52,670 bases of DNA from Nemertoderma westbladi (lineage: Eukaryota > Animalia > Xenacoelomorpha): positions 1 to 52,670 of the forward strand of contig JAUCBJ010007915.1 in assembly GCA_032718475.1 (NCBI GenBank). Direction: 5' to 3'. Every line of letters begins with the position of its first letter. Position 1 is the stretch's first letter. Below the pieces are notes generated by a model. That model was not told where the DNA came from. It searched no databases and saw only the letters and a list, made by a program, of their open reading frames with translations. Both the position numbers and the translations under genes were made by a program. Below are positions 13,501 to 25,348 of this stretch, one piece after another.

Positions 13501-16000
13501 TCCATTCAAAGTTTTAGTTCTCCAGGGAGACACAGATCTATTCAAAGTTTTAGTCCTCCAGGGAGACACAGATCCATTCAAAGTTTTAGTCCTCCAGGGT
13601 GACACAGATCCATTCATAGTTTTAGTCCTCCAGGGTGACACAGATCCATTCAAAGTATTAGTCCTCCAAGGTGACACAGATCCATTCAAAGTTTTAGTCC
13701 TTCAGGGTGACACAGATCCATTCAAAGTATTAGTCCTCCAAGGTGACACAGATCCATTCAAAGTTTTTATCCTCCAAGGTAACACAGATCCATTCAAAGT
13801 TTTAGTCCTCCAGGGAGACACAGATCCATTCAAAGTTTTAGTCCTCCAGGGAGACACAGATCCATTCAAAGTTTTAGTCCTCCAGGGAGACACAGATCCA
13901 TTCAAAGTTTTAGTCCTCCAGGGTGACACAGATCCATTCAAAGTATTAGTCCTCCAAGGTGACACAGATCCATTCAAAGTTTTTATCCTCCAAGGTAACA
14001 CAGATCCATTCAAAGTTTTAGTCCTCCAGGGAGACACAGATCCATTCATAGTTTTAGTCCTCCAGGGTGACACAGATCCATTCAAAGTATTAGTCCTCCA
14101 AGGTGACACAGATCCATTCAAAGTTTTAGTCCTTCAGGGTGACACAGATCCATTCAAAGTATTAGTCCTCCAAGGTGACACAGATCCATTCAAAGTTTTT
14201 ATCCTCCAAGGTAACACAGATCCATTCAAAGTTTTAGTCCTCCAGGGAGACACAGATCCATTCAAAGTTTTAGTCCTCCAGGGAGACACAGATCCATTCA
14301 AAGTTTTAGTCCTCCAGGGAGACACAGATCCATTCAAAGTTTTAGTCCTCCAGGGAGACACAGATCCATTCAAAGTGTTAGTCCTCCAGGGTGACACAGA
14401 TCCATTCAAAGTTTTTGTCCTCCAGGGTGACACAGATCCATTCAAAGTTTTAGTCCTCCAGGGAGACACAGATCCATTCAAAGTTTTAGTCCTCCAGGGA
14501 GACAAAGATCCATTCAAAGTTTTTGTCCTCCAGGGTGACACAGATCCATTCAAAGTTTTAGTCCTCCAAGGTGACGCAGATCCATTCAAAGTTTTAGTCC
14601 TCCAAGGTGACGCAGATCCATTCAAAGTTTTAGCCCCCCAAGGAGACACAGATCCATTCAAAGTTTTAGTCCTCCAGGGTGACACAGATCCATTCAAAGT
14701 TTTAGTCCTCCAGGGTGACACAGATCCATTCAAAGTTTTAGTCATCCAGGGTGACACAGATCCATTCAAAGTTTTAGCCCCCCAAGGAGACACAGATCCA
14801 TTCAAAGTTTTAGTCCTCCAGGGTGACACAGATCCATTCAAAGTTTTAGTCCTCCAGGGTGACACAGATCCATTCAAAGTTTTAGTCCTCCAGGGTGACA
14901 CAGATCCATTCAAAGTTTTAGTCCTCCAGGGTGACACAGATCCATTCAAAGTTTTTGTCCTCCAGGGTGACACAGATCCATTCAAAGTTTTAGTCCTCCA
15001 GGGAGACACAGATCCATTCAAAGTTTTAGTCCTCCAAGGTGACACAGATCCATTCAAAGTTTTAGTTCTCCAGGGAGACACAGATCCATTCAAAGTTTTA
15101 GTCCTCCAGGGTGACACAGATCCATTCATAGTTTTAGTCCTCCAGGGTGACACAGATCCATTCAAAGTATTAGTCCTCCAAGGTGACACAGATCCATTCA
15201 AAGTTTTAGTCCTTCAGGGTGACACAGATCCATTCAAAGTATTAGTCCTCCAAGGTGACACAGATCCATTCAAAGTTTTTATCCTCCAAGGTAACACAGA
15301 TCCATTCAAAGTTTTAGTCCTCCAGGGAGACACAGATCCATTCAAAGTTTTAGTCCTCCAGGGAGACACAGATCCATTCAAAGTTTTAGTCCTCCAGGGA
15401 GACACAGATCCATTCAAAGTTTTAGTCCTCCAGGGAGACACAGATCCATTCAAAGTTTTAGTCCTCCAAGGTGACACAGATCCATTCAAAGTTTTAGTCC
15501 TTCAGGGTGACACAGATCCATTCAAAGTATTAGTCCTCCAAGGTGACACAGATCCATTCAAAGTTTTAGTCCTCCAGGGTGACACAGATCCATTCAAAGT
15601 TTTAGTCCTCCAGGGAGACAGATCCATTCAAAGTTTTAGTCCCCCAAGGAGACACAGATCCATTCAAAGTTTTAGTCCTCCAGGGAGACACAGATCAATT
15701 CAAAGTTTTAGTCCTCCAGGGAGACAGATCCATTCAAAGTTTTAGCCCCCCAAGGAGACACAGATCTATTCAAAGTTTTAGTCCTCCAGGGTGACAAAAC
15801 TTGCACCCCATATATTCATATTCATAATCGTGGTCGATTATAATCTACGCATGCCCTTAGATCACCATGATCATAATTGGGTGATGGTGACACCCCCTAC
15901 TGGCACAAGAAGTTGAGGAAATCCAGCAAAGTACCTTACTGATGTAGACTTTGATGAAGACTTAGGAGTACTCTCGGATTCACAAGGGGGAGCAATTTTA
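10560..16000 (+). mobile_element. Degraded RTE-like LINE RT gene (same family as 8085-8945) interrupted by an internal minisatellite
   Basis: Before the array: LVPVSKK, GISL, KLYNIIL, NQNGFR.GR, FVDFFKAFYSV, YGIP. After the array: LAPHIFI...GNPAKYLTDVDFDED, which overlaps the start of the 8085 fragment. Confidence 0.85.
11007..15796 (+). repeat. 36-bp minisatellite, ~133 units (GGWGACACAGATCCATTCAAAGTTTTAGTCCTCCAG)
   Basis: Direct head-to-tail repeats with no unique spacers; the unit reads GDTDPFKVLVLQ in the RT frame. Confidence 0.98.
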
Positions 16001-17593
16001 CCACTTAATAAAGGCAAAATACCTAGCCGTGTTTCAGCTAATACAGATGTTCCAGAAATCCCGGCACCAGCTGGCTCCAACTCAAGTTTTACAATAACAA
16101 TGTTCTATTATTTATGGTTATTGATCATGTCAAAAAATCAGGCGCTATGTTTTTCCGTACGTGGTAGTACAGGTAAACAGATGTGTAATGTGATGAACGC
16201 ATATGAGGAGTGACTGAGGAACCCAGAACCCAGTGCACAGTGTTTATAGATTCAATCTTTATAGATTGCGCAATAGTGATTTCTTATTGACTTTATTCCA
16301 TCCAGTTCATTTTTTGCGCCTTTTGCCGGATACCATAAATTAGCGGCAGAACATTTGACTGATGACGAGGGCAATGACATATTGGTAATCTCTTTCGGTT
16401 ATAAAAATAAAATCTATTGCCTTTTGTGCCTATACCTATTGGGCAAATGACTGCACCCCTTGACCTACTGTACCGGTACCTTACTATATCCTGGGACCAT
16501 GGTAGGATTGCTTTCAGTTTAGTTTGTTTTGCTGACACCTGCTTGAGGGGTACCGGTACAACAGCACACATTGAAATCGGCGTCATAAATCTGAGGAGGA
16601 TAATAATCTGGGTTTGTTTCAGATAATAATAATAATTAGTGGCTTTTAATCCCGGAAATATGTTCATTATTCTACTGAGGTATTGCTTTACTGTACAGTA
16701 CAGTGTACCGGTAAACACCCACATACCCAGTTAGAATCGCAAACATATTGGAGTAGTTGTTAATGGGGTACAAATATTGTGACAAAATTTATTGAACTTA
16801 GCACTTAGCTATTAATTATACATGAACTTATGAATAGATAGTGGTGTGTTGCTCGTGCAATACATTTAGCTGATATAATCAGCGGATTTACAACAAATTT
16901 TGTTCGAGTATAAAGTATAAACTGCTACACAGCTGTCAACCTACAATAAGTAAACCAAATAAATAATAATATTTGGATGTAATTCGCCTATAAACAACCA
17001 AATCTATTTTTTATGATTTATTTTATTCCAGTCAATTACTATACAACAGATAAACCCTAGCAGAACACTTGTTATTTGAATAAATGCTGGTACACTGCTA
17101 GATCTTAGCACTATAGCACCTTGCACACATATTACTCTCCATCAGGTAAGTAAGCGTCACAAATTATACAGACAGTGGGCACAAAGGCTAGATACTATTA
17201 GTCACATTTACATGCTATGACATGGACAATGGACATGCCTTACAAGCCTGTCTTTTATTGTATTAATAATGACGGCATCATCGTTAAACATTAAACCTCA
17301 CTCGCTGCCAATGATAAGTACATTCGTAACATGACTTAGAAAGGTGCTACTCTTCCCCCAGTGATTGAAATAGTTGAAACTTCATTATATTTAATTGCTA
17401 TAAAGTTCTTTGTTTATATACATTATACACCTTCAACAGTAGTAGATATGTAATTATGTTTTCCTATTTCAAATTACCGGTAAGAATTACAACGCGCCGG
17501 TGTGGGTATGTCTGGATATTTTGATCTTCATATATTCATAAGCGTGGTGGTTTTGTTTAATAATAAAATAAAGTTAATTTCATTTAGTTTAGA

Positions 17594-18685
17594 ATGGCAA
17601 CCAACGTTGAAGATAATCTCCATCTTGAGGTATACGGAGAAACCGAGGTCAAAGATGAAGCGTTAGATTATGACGAGGTTAAAGGAGTTTGTAATGAAGC
17701 TAAAAAGGAAAGACCAAATCCTCTACTGTTACTGCTTAGAAGATGGTGGATTGCGATTGTTGTTATAGTGGCTGTGGCCTTGTTATTTGGGCTAGCAGTA
17801 CATTTGGGAACTTCATATACTTTCCTCCGTAAAGTATCAGACAAGATGAACGACTTAGATAATAAACTATCTGACATGATGACGAATATGAATACCAAAT
17901 TATCTGATAAAATTAGTGACTTGGATTATAAAATGCTGAAAAAGCTAGAAGGATATGACGATAAACTTACCTATAAGATTTCAGAATTGGACAAAAAACT
18001 ATCAGATACAAATACCGACTTAGTAGAAATGTTGCAGCGTTTCCATCCCATTTTAGTTTGCTTGGATACCAATGTAAACACCACTGAGGTCGTAGACCAC
18101 CCGTATGGCCTGAATAATATGATCCGTTGCGACAACTCGATACCTGGTGGTCCTTGGTTAGTAATTCAAAGACGTATCGACGGAACGACGGTATTCTATA
18201 GAGGTTGGGACGAATATGTGTCCGGTTTCGGCGATCTACGCACAAATTTCTGGTTAGGTTTGGAGAATATCTACGAATTAAGCAAAGGCGGTGTTGTACT
18301 GAGAGTGGATCTATGGTACAACGGCACATACGAATATGCAGAATACAGAAACTTTCGGCTGGGCGACGCGTCTACTAACTACACACTGCAGATTTCCGGG
18401 TACAATGGAACAGCTGGGGATTCCATATTGACTGGGAACTCAAGTAATCATTATAACCTCAACGGTTTTGCTTTCTCTACTTATGACAAGGATAACGACG
18501 ACTATGACTATAACTGCGCCGAGTACCACCAGGGGGCGTGGTGGTATAGGTTCTGCAGCAACTCCAACCTAAATGGTCTGTACGACTACGGGGAGGAGTT
18601 CTTTAAGGGACCTTATTGGCGGACATTCTCTGACACTGGCCACTCAATCGCCATGGATCGAGTCGAAATGAAGATTAGAGCTTAG
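17594..18685 (+). CDS. Type II transmembrane fibrinogen-related domain (FReD) protein, FIBCD1/ficolin-like architecture
   Basis: Acidic N-terminal tail, one hydrophobic helix (WWIAIVVIVAVALLFGLAV), heptad coiled coil, then fibrinogen C motifs GPWLVIQRRIDG, FYRGWDEYVSGFG, FWLGLENI, FSTYDKDND, CAEYHQGAWWY, SNLNG. Confidence 0.93.
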   Translation: MATNVEDNLHLEVYGETEVKDEALDYDEVKGVCNEAKKERPNPLLLLLRRWWIAIVVIVAVALLFGLAVHLGTSYTFLRKVSDKMNDLDNKLSDMMTNMNTKLSDKISDLDYKMLKKLEGYDDKLTYKISELDKKLSDTNTDLVEMLQRFHPILVCLDTNVNTTEVVDHPYGLNNMIRCDNSIPGGPWLVIQRRIDGTTVFYRGWDEYVSGFGDLRTNFWLGLENIYELSKGGVVLRVDLWYNGTYEYAEYRNFRLGDASTNYTLQISGYNGTAGDSILTGNSSNHYNLNGFAFSTYDKDNDDYDYNCAEYHQGAWWYRFCSNSNLNGLYDYGEEFFKGPYWRTFSDTGHSIAMDRVEMKIRA

Positions 18686-18920
18686 TGACGCATCGTTTAA
18701 GATTGAGATTCTCTAATTATATATAAATTTTATGCAGATTTACTAAGTATTTTATTCAATTAAAAATTCCTTTTGGAAGGAAACACTTTTTGTCCCTAAT
18801 GTTAATTAACCGAAATTCAACTATTCTGCCTGATTGTGTCGAGTTTTGGACGAGATGTACGAAGATTGTATGAATTACAATCAATTGAAACTAGTAATGA
18901 GGAGTTACATAGCACTGTAG

Positions 18921-19477
18921 TGTTAGCGTATTCAATTCCGCTAACACCCCACAAAGTAAGCCGTTAAGCAATATTGGGGGCCACGAGGTTGGGTAATCAA
19001 CCACTCGTGCCACCCCAACAAAGTGGGAAGGAGAAACACACAATAGGGGTCAGGGGCCACACCCCTGACCGAGAGAGAGCAGCAGGAGTGAAGGGAAACA
19101 CTCCAAAGGGCGCCAACAGGGATATTAGCCAATGGGGGGCAGGCACCGGCTAGGTACCGCAATAACGGCCAAACCGTGCAATGTATATTATTAGGTATCA
19201 GTGATTCTTAGTTCAGTTATCTCATTGTGTTAGTCAGTTAGCTAGGGTAGAGCGGAGACTTCTATTACCGTCCTCACCTACCACCATTATCTGTACATAC
19301 CGTAGTACTTCAATTGTTATCTATCCATTTTATACTATACCTATCTCAACGTTTATATTATACCTTCATACATATTACCGAACATCAGAACTCTTAACGA
19401 ACCTTTTCATATACACGGCGGGGACGCTTAGGTAGAAAACTCAAACGGATAAATTGGGATCCGTAGATCCCGTCACA
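18921..19477 (+). repeat. 5' LTR of element B (557 bp)
   Basis: tgttagcg...cccgtcaca; nearly identical to 49597-50153 (roughly a dozen differences by eye). Confidence 0.95.
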
Positions 19478-19514
19478 GTAATAGAATACCAGCTGCTACC
19501 CACAGTAATAGAAG
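19478..19514 (+). promoter_or_regulatory. Non-tRNA PBS of element B (GTAATAGAA, duplicated), complementary to LTR 19259-19268
   Basis: No TGG after the LTR. gtaatagaa (19478-19486) and gtaatagaag (19505-19514) are reverse complements of (c)ttctattac in the LTR. Confidence 0.55.
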
Positions 19515-19543
19515 CTATCGATCTAAAGATAAACTGCAAAGAG

Positions 19544-20937
19544 ATGAGTGACGTTACGCCAACGCGGACCCCGGACGAAGAACTAACGATCCGCGAGGCC
19601 GCGACCAGACGGTATAGGCCTACGACGCCGGACCCATCGGTAACGGGTCATCCGGCAGTTCAAGGTGAGGGGGGCCGTCTGGAGCCGGAAATCGAGTTGA
19701 GAGAAGGAGAGAGCGAGGTGGAAGGAGAAAGAGACGAGTCGACACACGTCGGTCGACGTACCGATGTCACCGGCCAGCCACAGGCCGAGGGCGACGGACA
19801 GCCCACCGGAACGGCGACGGTGGGGCCGCCGGTACAACGTCGGACCCGGAGAGATGGAGGAGAGGTCGGCGACGAGGACATCGGGGTTTCTGATCGACTT
19901 CGACGGGCCTACAATGCGACCCAGAAGCTACTTAAGGAGGCCAAGGAGGGGGCGAGGATAGATGAGGTAAAGTTGACAACAGGACTAGGTGAGTCGGATA
20001 GACATTTTAGTTATCTAATGCGCTTCGGGCAGAGAGAACTGGCCAAGGAGAGAGCAAGAGGGGTTGCCGAGGAACTGTGTGACTTATGGCGGTGTAGGGG
20101 TATGCAACCTAACGTAGTGTACATAGGGCCATACTTAGTCGATGCCCGGGGTATAAAATCAGTGGGTTGGAGGAGACCTGAGGAGGGCGAATCCGAGGTT
20201 GACCCCGAGGATTCGGTCTCGTCAGTCGGGAGGAATTCCAGTTCCGGGAGGCGGGGGAGAGTTAGTAGATCGGGAAGGCGGAGGGAATCCGTCACAACCG
20301 ATAAGTCTGCTACATCCTCCGTAAAAGAAAGACGGGTGAGAGAGATAAACGCCACGTACCATCTCGACCTGATAGCGCAAGGTCAGAGAGAAGTAAATAG
20401 ACGGTTAGAGGAGGGGAGAATGCTACTAGATAAGTAAATGGAACTGATTAGAGAAACCGGAGAGAGGGCCGAAAGGGCCGCGAAAAGCCTTAGGGAGTGT
20501 GAGGAAATAGGGAGGAAGGAACAAGAGGAGCGTGAGGCGAGAGAGGAAAGCGAATGCAAGGAGCGTGAGGCGGAATGCAAGGAACGTGAGGCGAGAGAGA
20601 AAAGTGAACGCGAGGAGCGTGAGGTGAGAGAGAAAAGTGAACGCAAGGAGCGTGAGGCGAGAGAGGAAAATGAACGCAAAGAGCGTGAGGCGGAACGCAA
20701 GGAGCGTGAGGCGAGGCGAAGGGAGGCAGCTAGGAGAGAGGCGGAATTGGCCGACCAGAATGCACGGGAGGGTCGGGAGAGAATAGCAAGAGAGATGCTT
20801 GAGCGAAAAGAATTGGAAAAACGCCAAAGCGAGCTTATAGAATACAAAACTAGACGCATGCGCGAGCTGGAACTGGCGTGGATAGGGGCGTCTGAGAGTG
20901 GGACTGGCTCGAATATTTTCAAGGAGCCAAGGGCCGT
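19544..20937 (+). pseudogene. Element B gag, N-terminal part (E/R-rich coiled coil), in-frame stop at 20435, interrupted by element C
   Basis: ORFs 19454-20437 and 20438-20962 are in the same frame; the sequence resumes at 36949. Confidence 0.8.
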
Positions 20938-22196
20938 TGTACGCGCTTTTGAAGACCTTTAGCAGTTTAACCTGCCAAAATTTATATGTCTTTTGGTTTA
21001 TAAATAGACTTTAGAAGATGACAAATATTTAATACCAATAAACACAACATTAGCAGAAGCCAGCCTAGTGCGCGTCCATTCACCCGCTGGATATACCCGG
21101 GAGACTGGATTCTGAGGGCTTAGATTATTATTGCAGTGTAAGCTTACTGTACTGTATTATTCGATTGATCGTTAATAAATAATTTCTGACTAATATTATT
21201 CACTTTCGGGAAATATTAACAGTTCCTTTAGGACGTGGCGCTCTATCTAGGTAAACAGAGATATGACTTATACTAATCACAACGGCAAGTCGGTAAGGCT
21301 TATGATTCACGTATGAGGCGCATTCTTTAGGAAATGCTTAGTTATCAATCATAATCATGCACACTACCGGTAACACACAATACTGCCCACTAATTTGCCG
21401 ACCGTCAATGATTTTTATCATATATAAAGAGAACAGCAACGGACCAATGTAGTGCTTATCAAATAGCATTAAATTCACTACATACACAATAATATAAGTC
21501 GCAATCGCTATATATAACCCGTCTCTCTAACCTGTAGTGTATCAAGAAAATTGGGAAATTTGGGTTCTTTATAAATATTCTCCAAATAATATTCAACCAA
21601 ACAATAGCAAATAGCAGTATAATAATGTATATTGAACCGATAATGTAAGACTGAATTGCGATCAGTTGATATGATTAGATAAGATATGATAACAGTTATA
21701 CGCTCTATAATTTAAGCCTACTAATGTTTCTTCTAAAGTATGAAAACGAATTGACTCTAGAGCCGGTGTTCCTGGCCTAGATAGCAACAACACAACAGTA
21801 TCAAAAAACAGTAAGACTGAACACTCCTAGTATGATCGACCGAATATCTACACGTCGACAGAAAAAATCGCTCTGATTGGCTCAAGCCAAACAAAGAACC
21901 ATGCGTCCAATGGCTGTTTCCATGCCAGCAACCAGCTGCTAGATGTCGCAATCTGAATCATCACGGCTAAGCTGTGAAAGGTATTTGGTGCATTGCAGGT
22001 TTTTTGCCTTACCATGTCCGCCAAAACACGTATATAGCAGAATGACTTTTATGTCCGTTAAAACACCTATAACGGTACCTTGCGGGCGAGGAGAATATAT
22101 ATATAGTTATAGAGCCTTTTAGAGTATTCCAGCGCCTAGGGGGGAAACTGGATTGCGAAGCAAAAGGGCCAGTTATATCCCACAGAAGCTTTTACA
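20938..22196 (-). repeat. 3' LTR of element C
   Basis: tgtacgcgc...aagcttttaca, direct repeat of 35685-36943; short purine tract GGGAGCGG precedes it on the minus strand. Confidence 0.96.
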
Positions 22197-22274
22197 CCGC
22201 TCCCAGAAAATGGGATTTGAGTCTATAAAATATACAAAATCACAGTTTCTAATATACGTAAATACTCTAAACAG

Positions 22275-23724
22275 TTAGTCTTTCTTGCGCGGACGGCGTT
22301 TACGCAGTTTTTTAAAGCTAGCCAGAGTCTTTTTCTCTTTGGGGCGAGCCACTTTACAAGGAGGGCTATAACTCCTGGGTGAAGGGTGCAATATGATTGC
22401 ATCAGAGGGTGTAGGATTATGGTCGGTGTATCCGCCAGTCGAAGTACCGGGTTGATTGACATCAACGTCAGGGGAGAGGGGTCTAACGGCTTTGAGAGCT
22501 CGTTTCAAGAAAGCCGCTCTTACGGGTCCTTTACGAGTGGTCTGAACGAGGGCCGTGGGTGGACCATAGGCAGTTAGAAACCTCCGGGGTTTAATGGTCC
22601 TTTCCAACTCGCGTTCGCGGGCTCGGTATTCGTAAGGCCGTCGATATACTTCCTGTAACTCGGGGTGTGAGTTAACAAACAAGTCTCCATAGTCCGGATC
22701 CTGACGGATATAATTGATTAAGTTATAGGAATGAAGGTCGCTAGGATTAACACTCCTGAGAAATTTGCGTACGAATTTGGTTGAAATACATTCTCCAACG
22801 CGCTTCAGTAGCTCGTAACTTGATATGCGTGATTTCTGTTCAACCGAAGCGAATAGATAAGGATGGAACGCATAAACTCCTTCGTAAGCGCGTCCGGGAT
22901 AATAGCGATGGCGCGAATCACAATGTAAATCAGCGTTCGCTTCCCAAGCTCTGATGTAACGTAGTGTGATCATTTCATCTACGCTTTCCAAATCGTGATT
23001 AAAAGGGCAGTCGAAACTGGCATGTCCCTTTAGTTGACAATGGTGACATTGAGTCATAAATTGAGGGCAAACCGCAAAGATATGCAAGTTATTGAGTCTG
23101 CAATATGCGCAATAAATTTCCCTAGTCGGTTGTTCTTGGAAATAGGAACAGCGGACGTTGGTGTCCATGGGCGTATCGTGGTCTCTCGATGCGCATAACC
23201 GACAACGTTGCCTAGAAACATAGTTGGCATGTCGATAATCGTACGCAGTGAGACACTGTGGACCTTGATACCATTCTATGATGTAATCGTTGTCGCTGTT
23301 CCGGGGCGCGATAGGCTGAATCTCTTCAGATTCTAGACATATTGGTTCGTCTTCCCAGTCTGTTACGAATAGAATTTTCGTGATCTATTTTCGGTTTATC
23401 GTTACGACTCCGCTGGGTATGATATTTAAATAGAACCATTTCCCTTTCGGTGTCTACATCGTCCGTATCATGTAAATCGATAGGATGGCCGGTAGTTAGG
23501 AAGTTCATATATGTACCATTACGATGCGTATAGCGAGCGGTGAATTTTCGATAGTCCAATTCATGCGTAAGTTGCTCTTGGGACATCGGCGGTTCGATAT
23601 AACAACCATCGTCCTCCGTAATGGTTGGATCGGCTTCACCGCGTATCAAGCTATCCACAAATGCTTGTAAAGGTAGAGTATATCGCTCCCTGATACCAAG
23701 ATCATCTTCTATCAACTCCGTCAT
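22275..23724 (-). CDS. Element C accessory 3' ORF, triple CCHC zinc-knuckle protein with a basic NLS-like tail; split by one frameshift near 23330-23385
   Basis: The frame of ORF 22275-23168 stays open back to ~23383 and overlaps ORF 23326-23724. Motifs CRLCASRDH..C, CAYCRLNNLH..C, CHHCQLKGHASFDC; tail KKLRKRRPRKKD. Confidence 0.7.
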
Positions 23725-24540
23725 ATCTGCTATCTGAGTTTATTAATATTGTAATGAGTTTATGTTTAGGCGAGCGGGCGTCGCTGCCTACCTCTCTTCG
23801 CCCCGGACAGTGGGATTCTCAGCGCCGATGTACCGTCGTCGCGGTGTTTACGCCAACATGTAGCAACATCACGACAACGATAACCGGCACAAGTCACTCC
23901 ACTGTCCGTCCCAAAGGCTTGAATCCACTTTAGGTTCTTTCTATAGGAGAGTTGGGCTACTTTCACAATTGCGACTAGCTACTGTAAACACACCTTAGCA
24001 GTAATATTCACCTACAAACGCACAAATTCCACACAACTGTCACCAATTGTACACATACAGGCCATTTGTCCGTTAGTCAGTGCCTTCCAGAATGTCACGT
24101 TATTACTGTGTATCCTTGGATACTAACAGTGTGCTATGTATTCTCTATGCTATGCAACGTGACAAGCTTTCTATTGTTCTCTTAACTTGCTTCTAATTCT
24201 AGCATGGGTGTTGCTATGGTGACATTATGGAATGCTAGCGGTAGAATTAGGGTAATTCTCATGCATACAGATCTGGGATGCTATTTAATAATAATTCTTT
24301 AATTGTCAATATACTCTTTATGCATGATTTTATTAATTTTATCGGCTATTGACTATATGTTGGAGATTCTCGCACTCTAATACACTCAATAGGATGAATC
24401 TCCGCTCCCATGATCTATTAATTAATGGAATTTTGGGAATGTTATAAATTGCACAAAACGACAATTTATGAAATTCATTTAAAGTATGAATTTAAATTTA
24501 TTCCCGTGAATTTTATTATTTGATGTTAAAATTGACACAA

Positions 24541-24830
24541 TTTGATTCCAGAGCAGGTCTGGGGACATAGGATCCTTAATTCTATGAAAATTGTCTTTTA
24601 AGAGTATCGGTAAGTGCTGCGATATCTTAATTGACTAGAAATTTAAGGGATCTGAATTTTACAGATTTTAATAAATATTAAATTAATATTTAAGATGGGC
24701 ACCGATTTATTCCAGAACTTGTCTGGGGACGTTAACCACTGATTCTAGAATTTGTCTTTCAAGTATATCGGTGGGTGCCGCGATATCTTAATCGACTAGA
24801 ATTACAGATGGTCAAAAGGTTTAACAGATT
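24541..24830. repeat. Diverged ~165-bp direct repeat pair in the non-coding region between pol and the accessory ORF of C
   Basis: attccaga..gtctggggac...ttgtcttt.aag..tatcggt..gtgc.gcgatatcttaat.gactagaa occurs twice. Confidence 0.75.
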
Positions 24831-25348
24831 TATTTGCGTTTTACGCTACTGTTAGGGGGACATCACGCTACTATATGTATTATTTAATATAAGGTAGAAG
24901 AGCAATATCGCACGAAGCAATGTCAGTGTGAAGAGGCAAGTCGTTTCCAAGGTCTACCCAGAGCTTGGTTTAGCCGAGACACGAGGATCTGAACTTTGCA
25001 TTCCTAATACTCTGCCTACCAATAATACTTGAATATAGTAGTGGCTTTATTGTACTTTAAGAAGTACGGACATTTCATCTTACTGTAGTCACGTATTTAT
25101 AATATGATACGGACAGTAAGGAAAGAGAAAAAATTATTTCTCGCCGTCGCACTAAATATATATTATAAGTAATTACGTACGTAATAAACACTAATATATT
25201 GCACTAATCTACTAAACAATCACTAAAATAACATTCTACTAAATAAAATTGAATAAAAACGATTATAATAAAGTACATAATAAAGTTCGCATATAAAAAT
25301 ATAATAAAATAGATAAAATAATATAGTCATACACCCACTCCAGACGTA

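Noticed and set aside
10915-15745. 1600-aa and 924-aa repeat proteins
   Set aside because: By-products of a stop-free 36-bp unit open on both strands, embedded in a pseudogenised LINE.
11007-15796. CRISPR array (36-bp repeat length)
   Set aside because: Units are contiguous with no unique spacers, there are no cas genes, the context is eukaryotic, and the unit derives from LINE RT sequence.
3945-18920. One composite element bounded by TGTAG at 3945 and 18916
   Set aside because: The adjacent LTRs belong to different families in opposite orientations; the 5-mer match is not a shared TSD.
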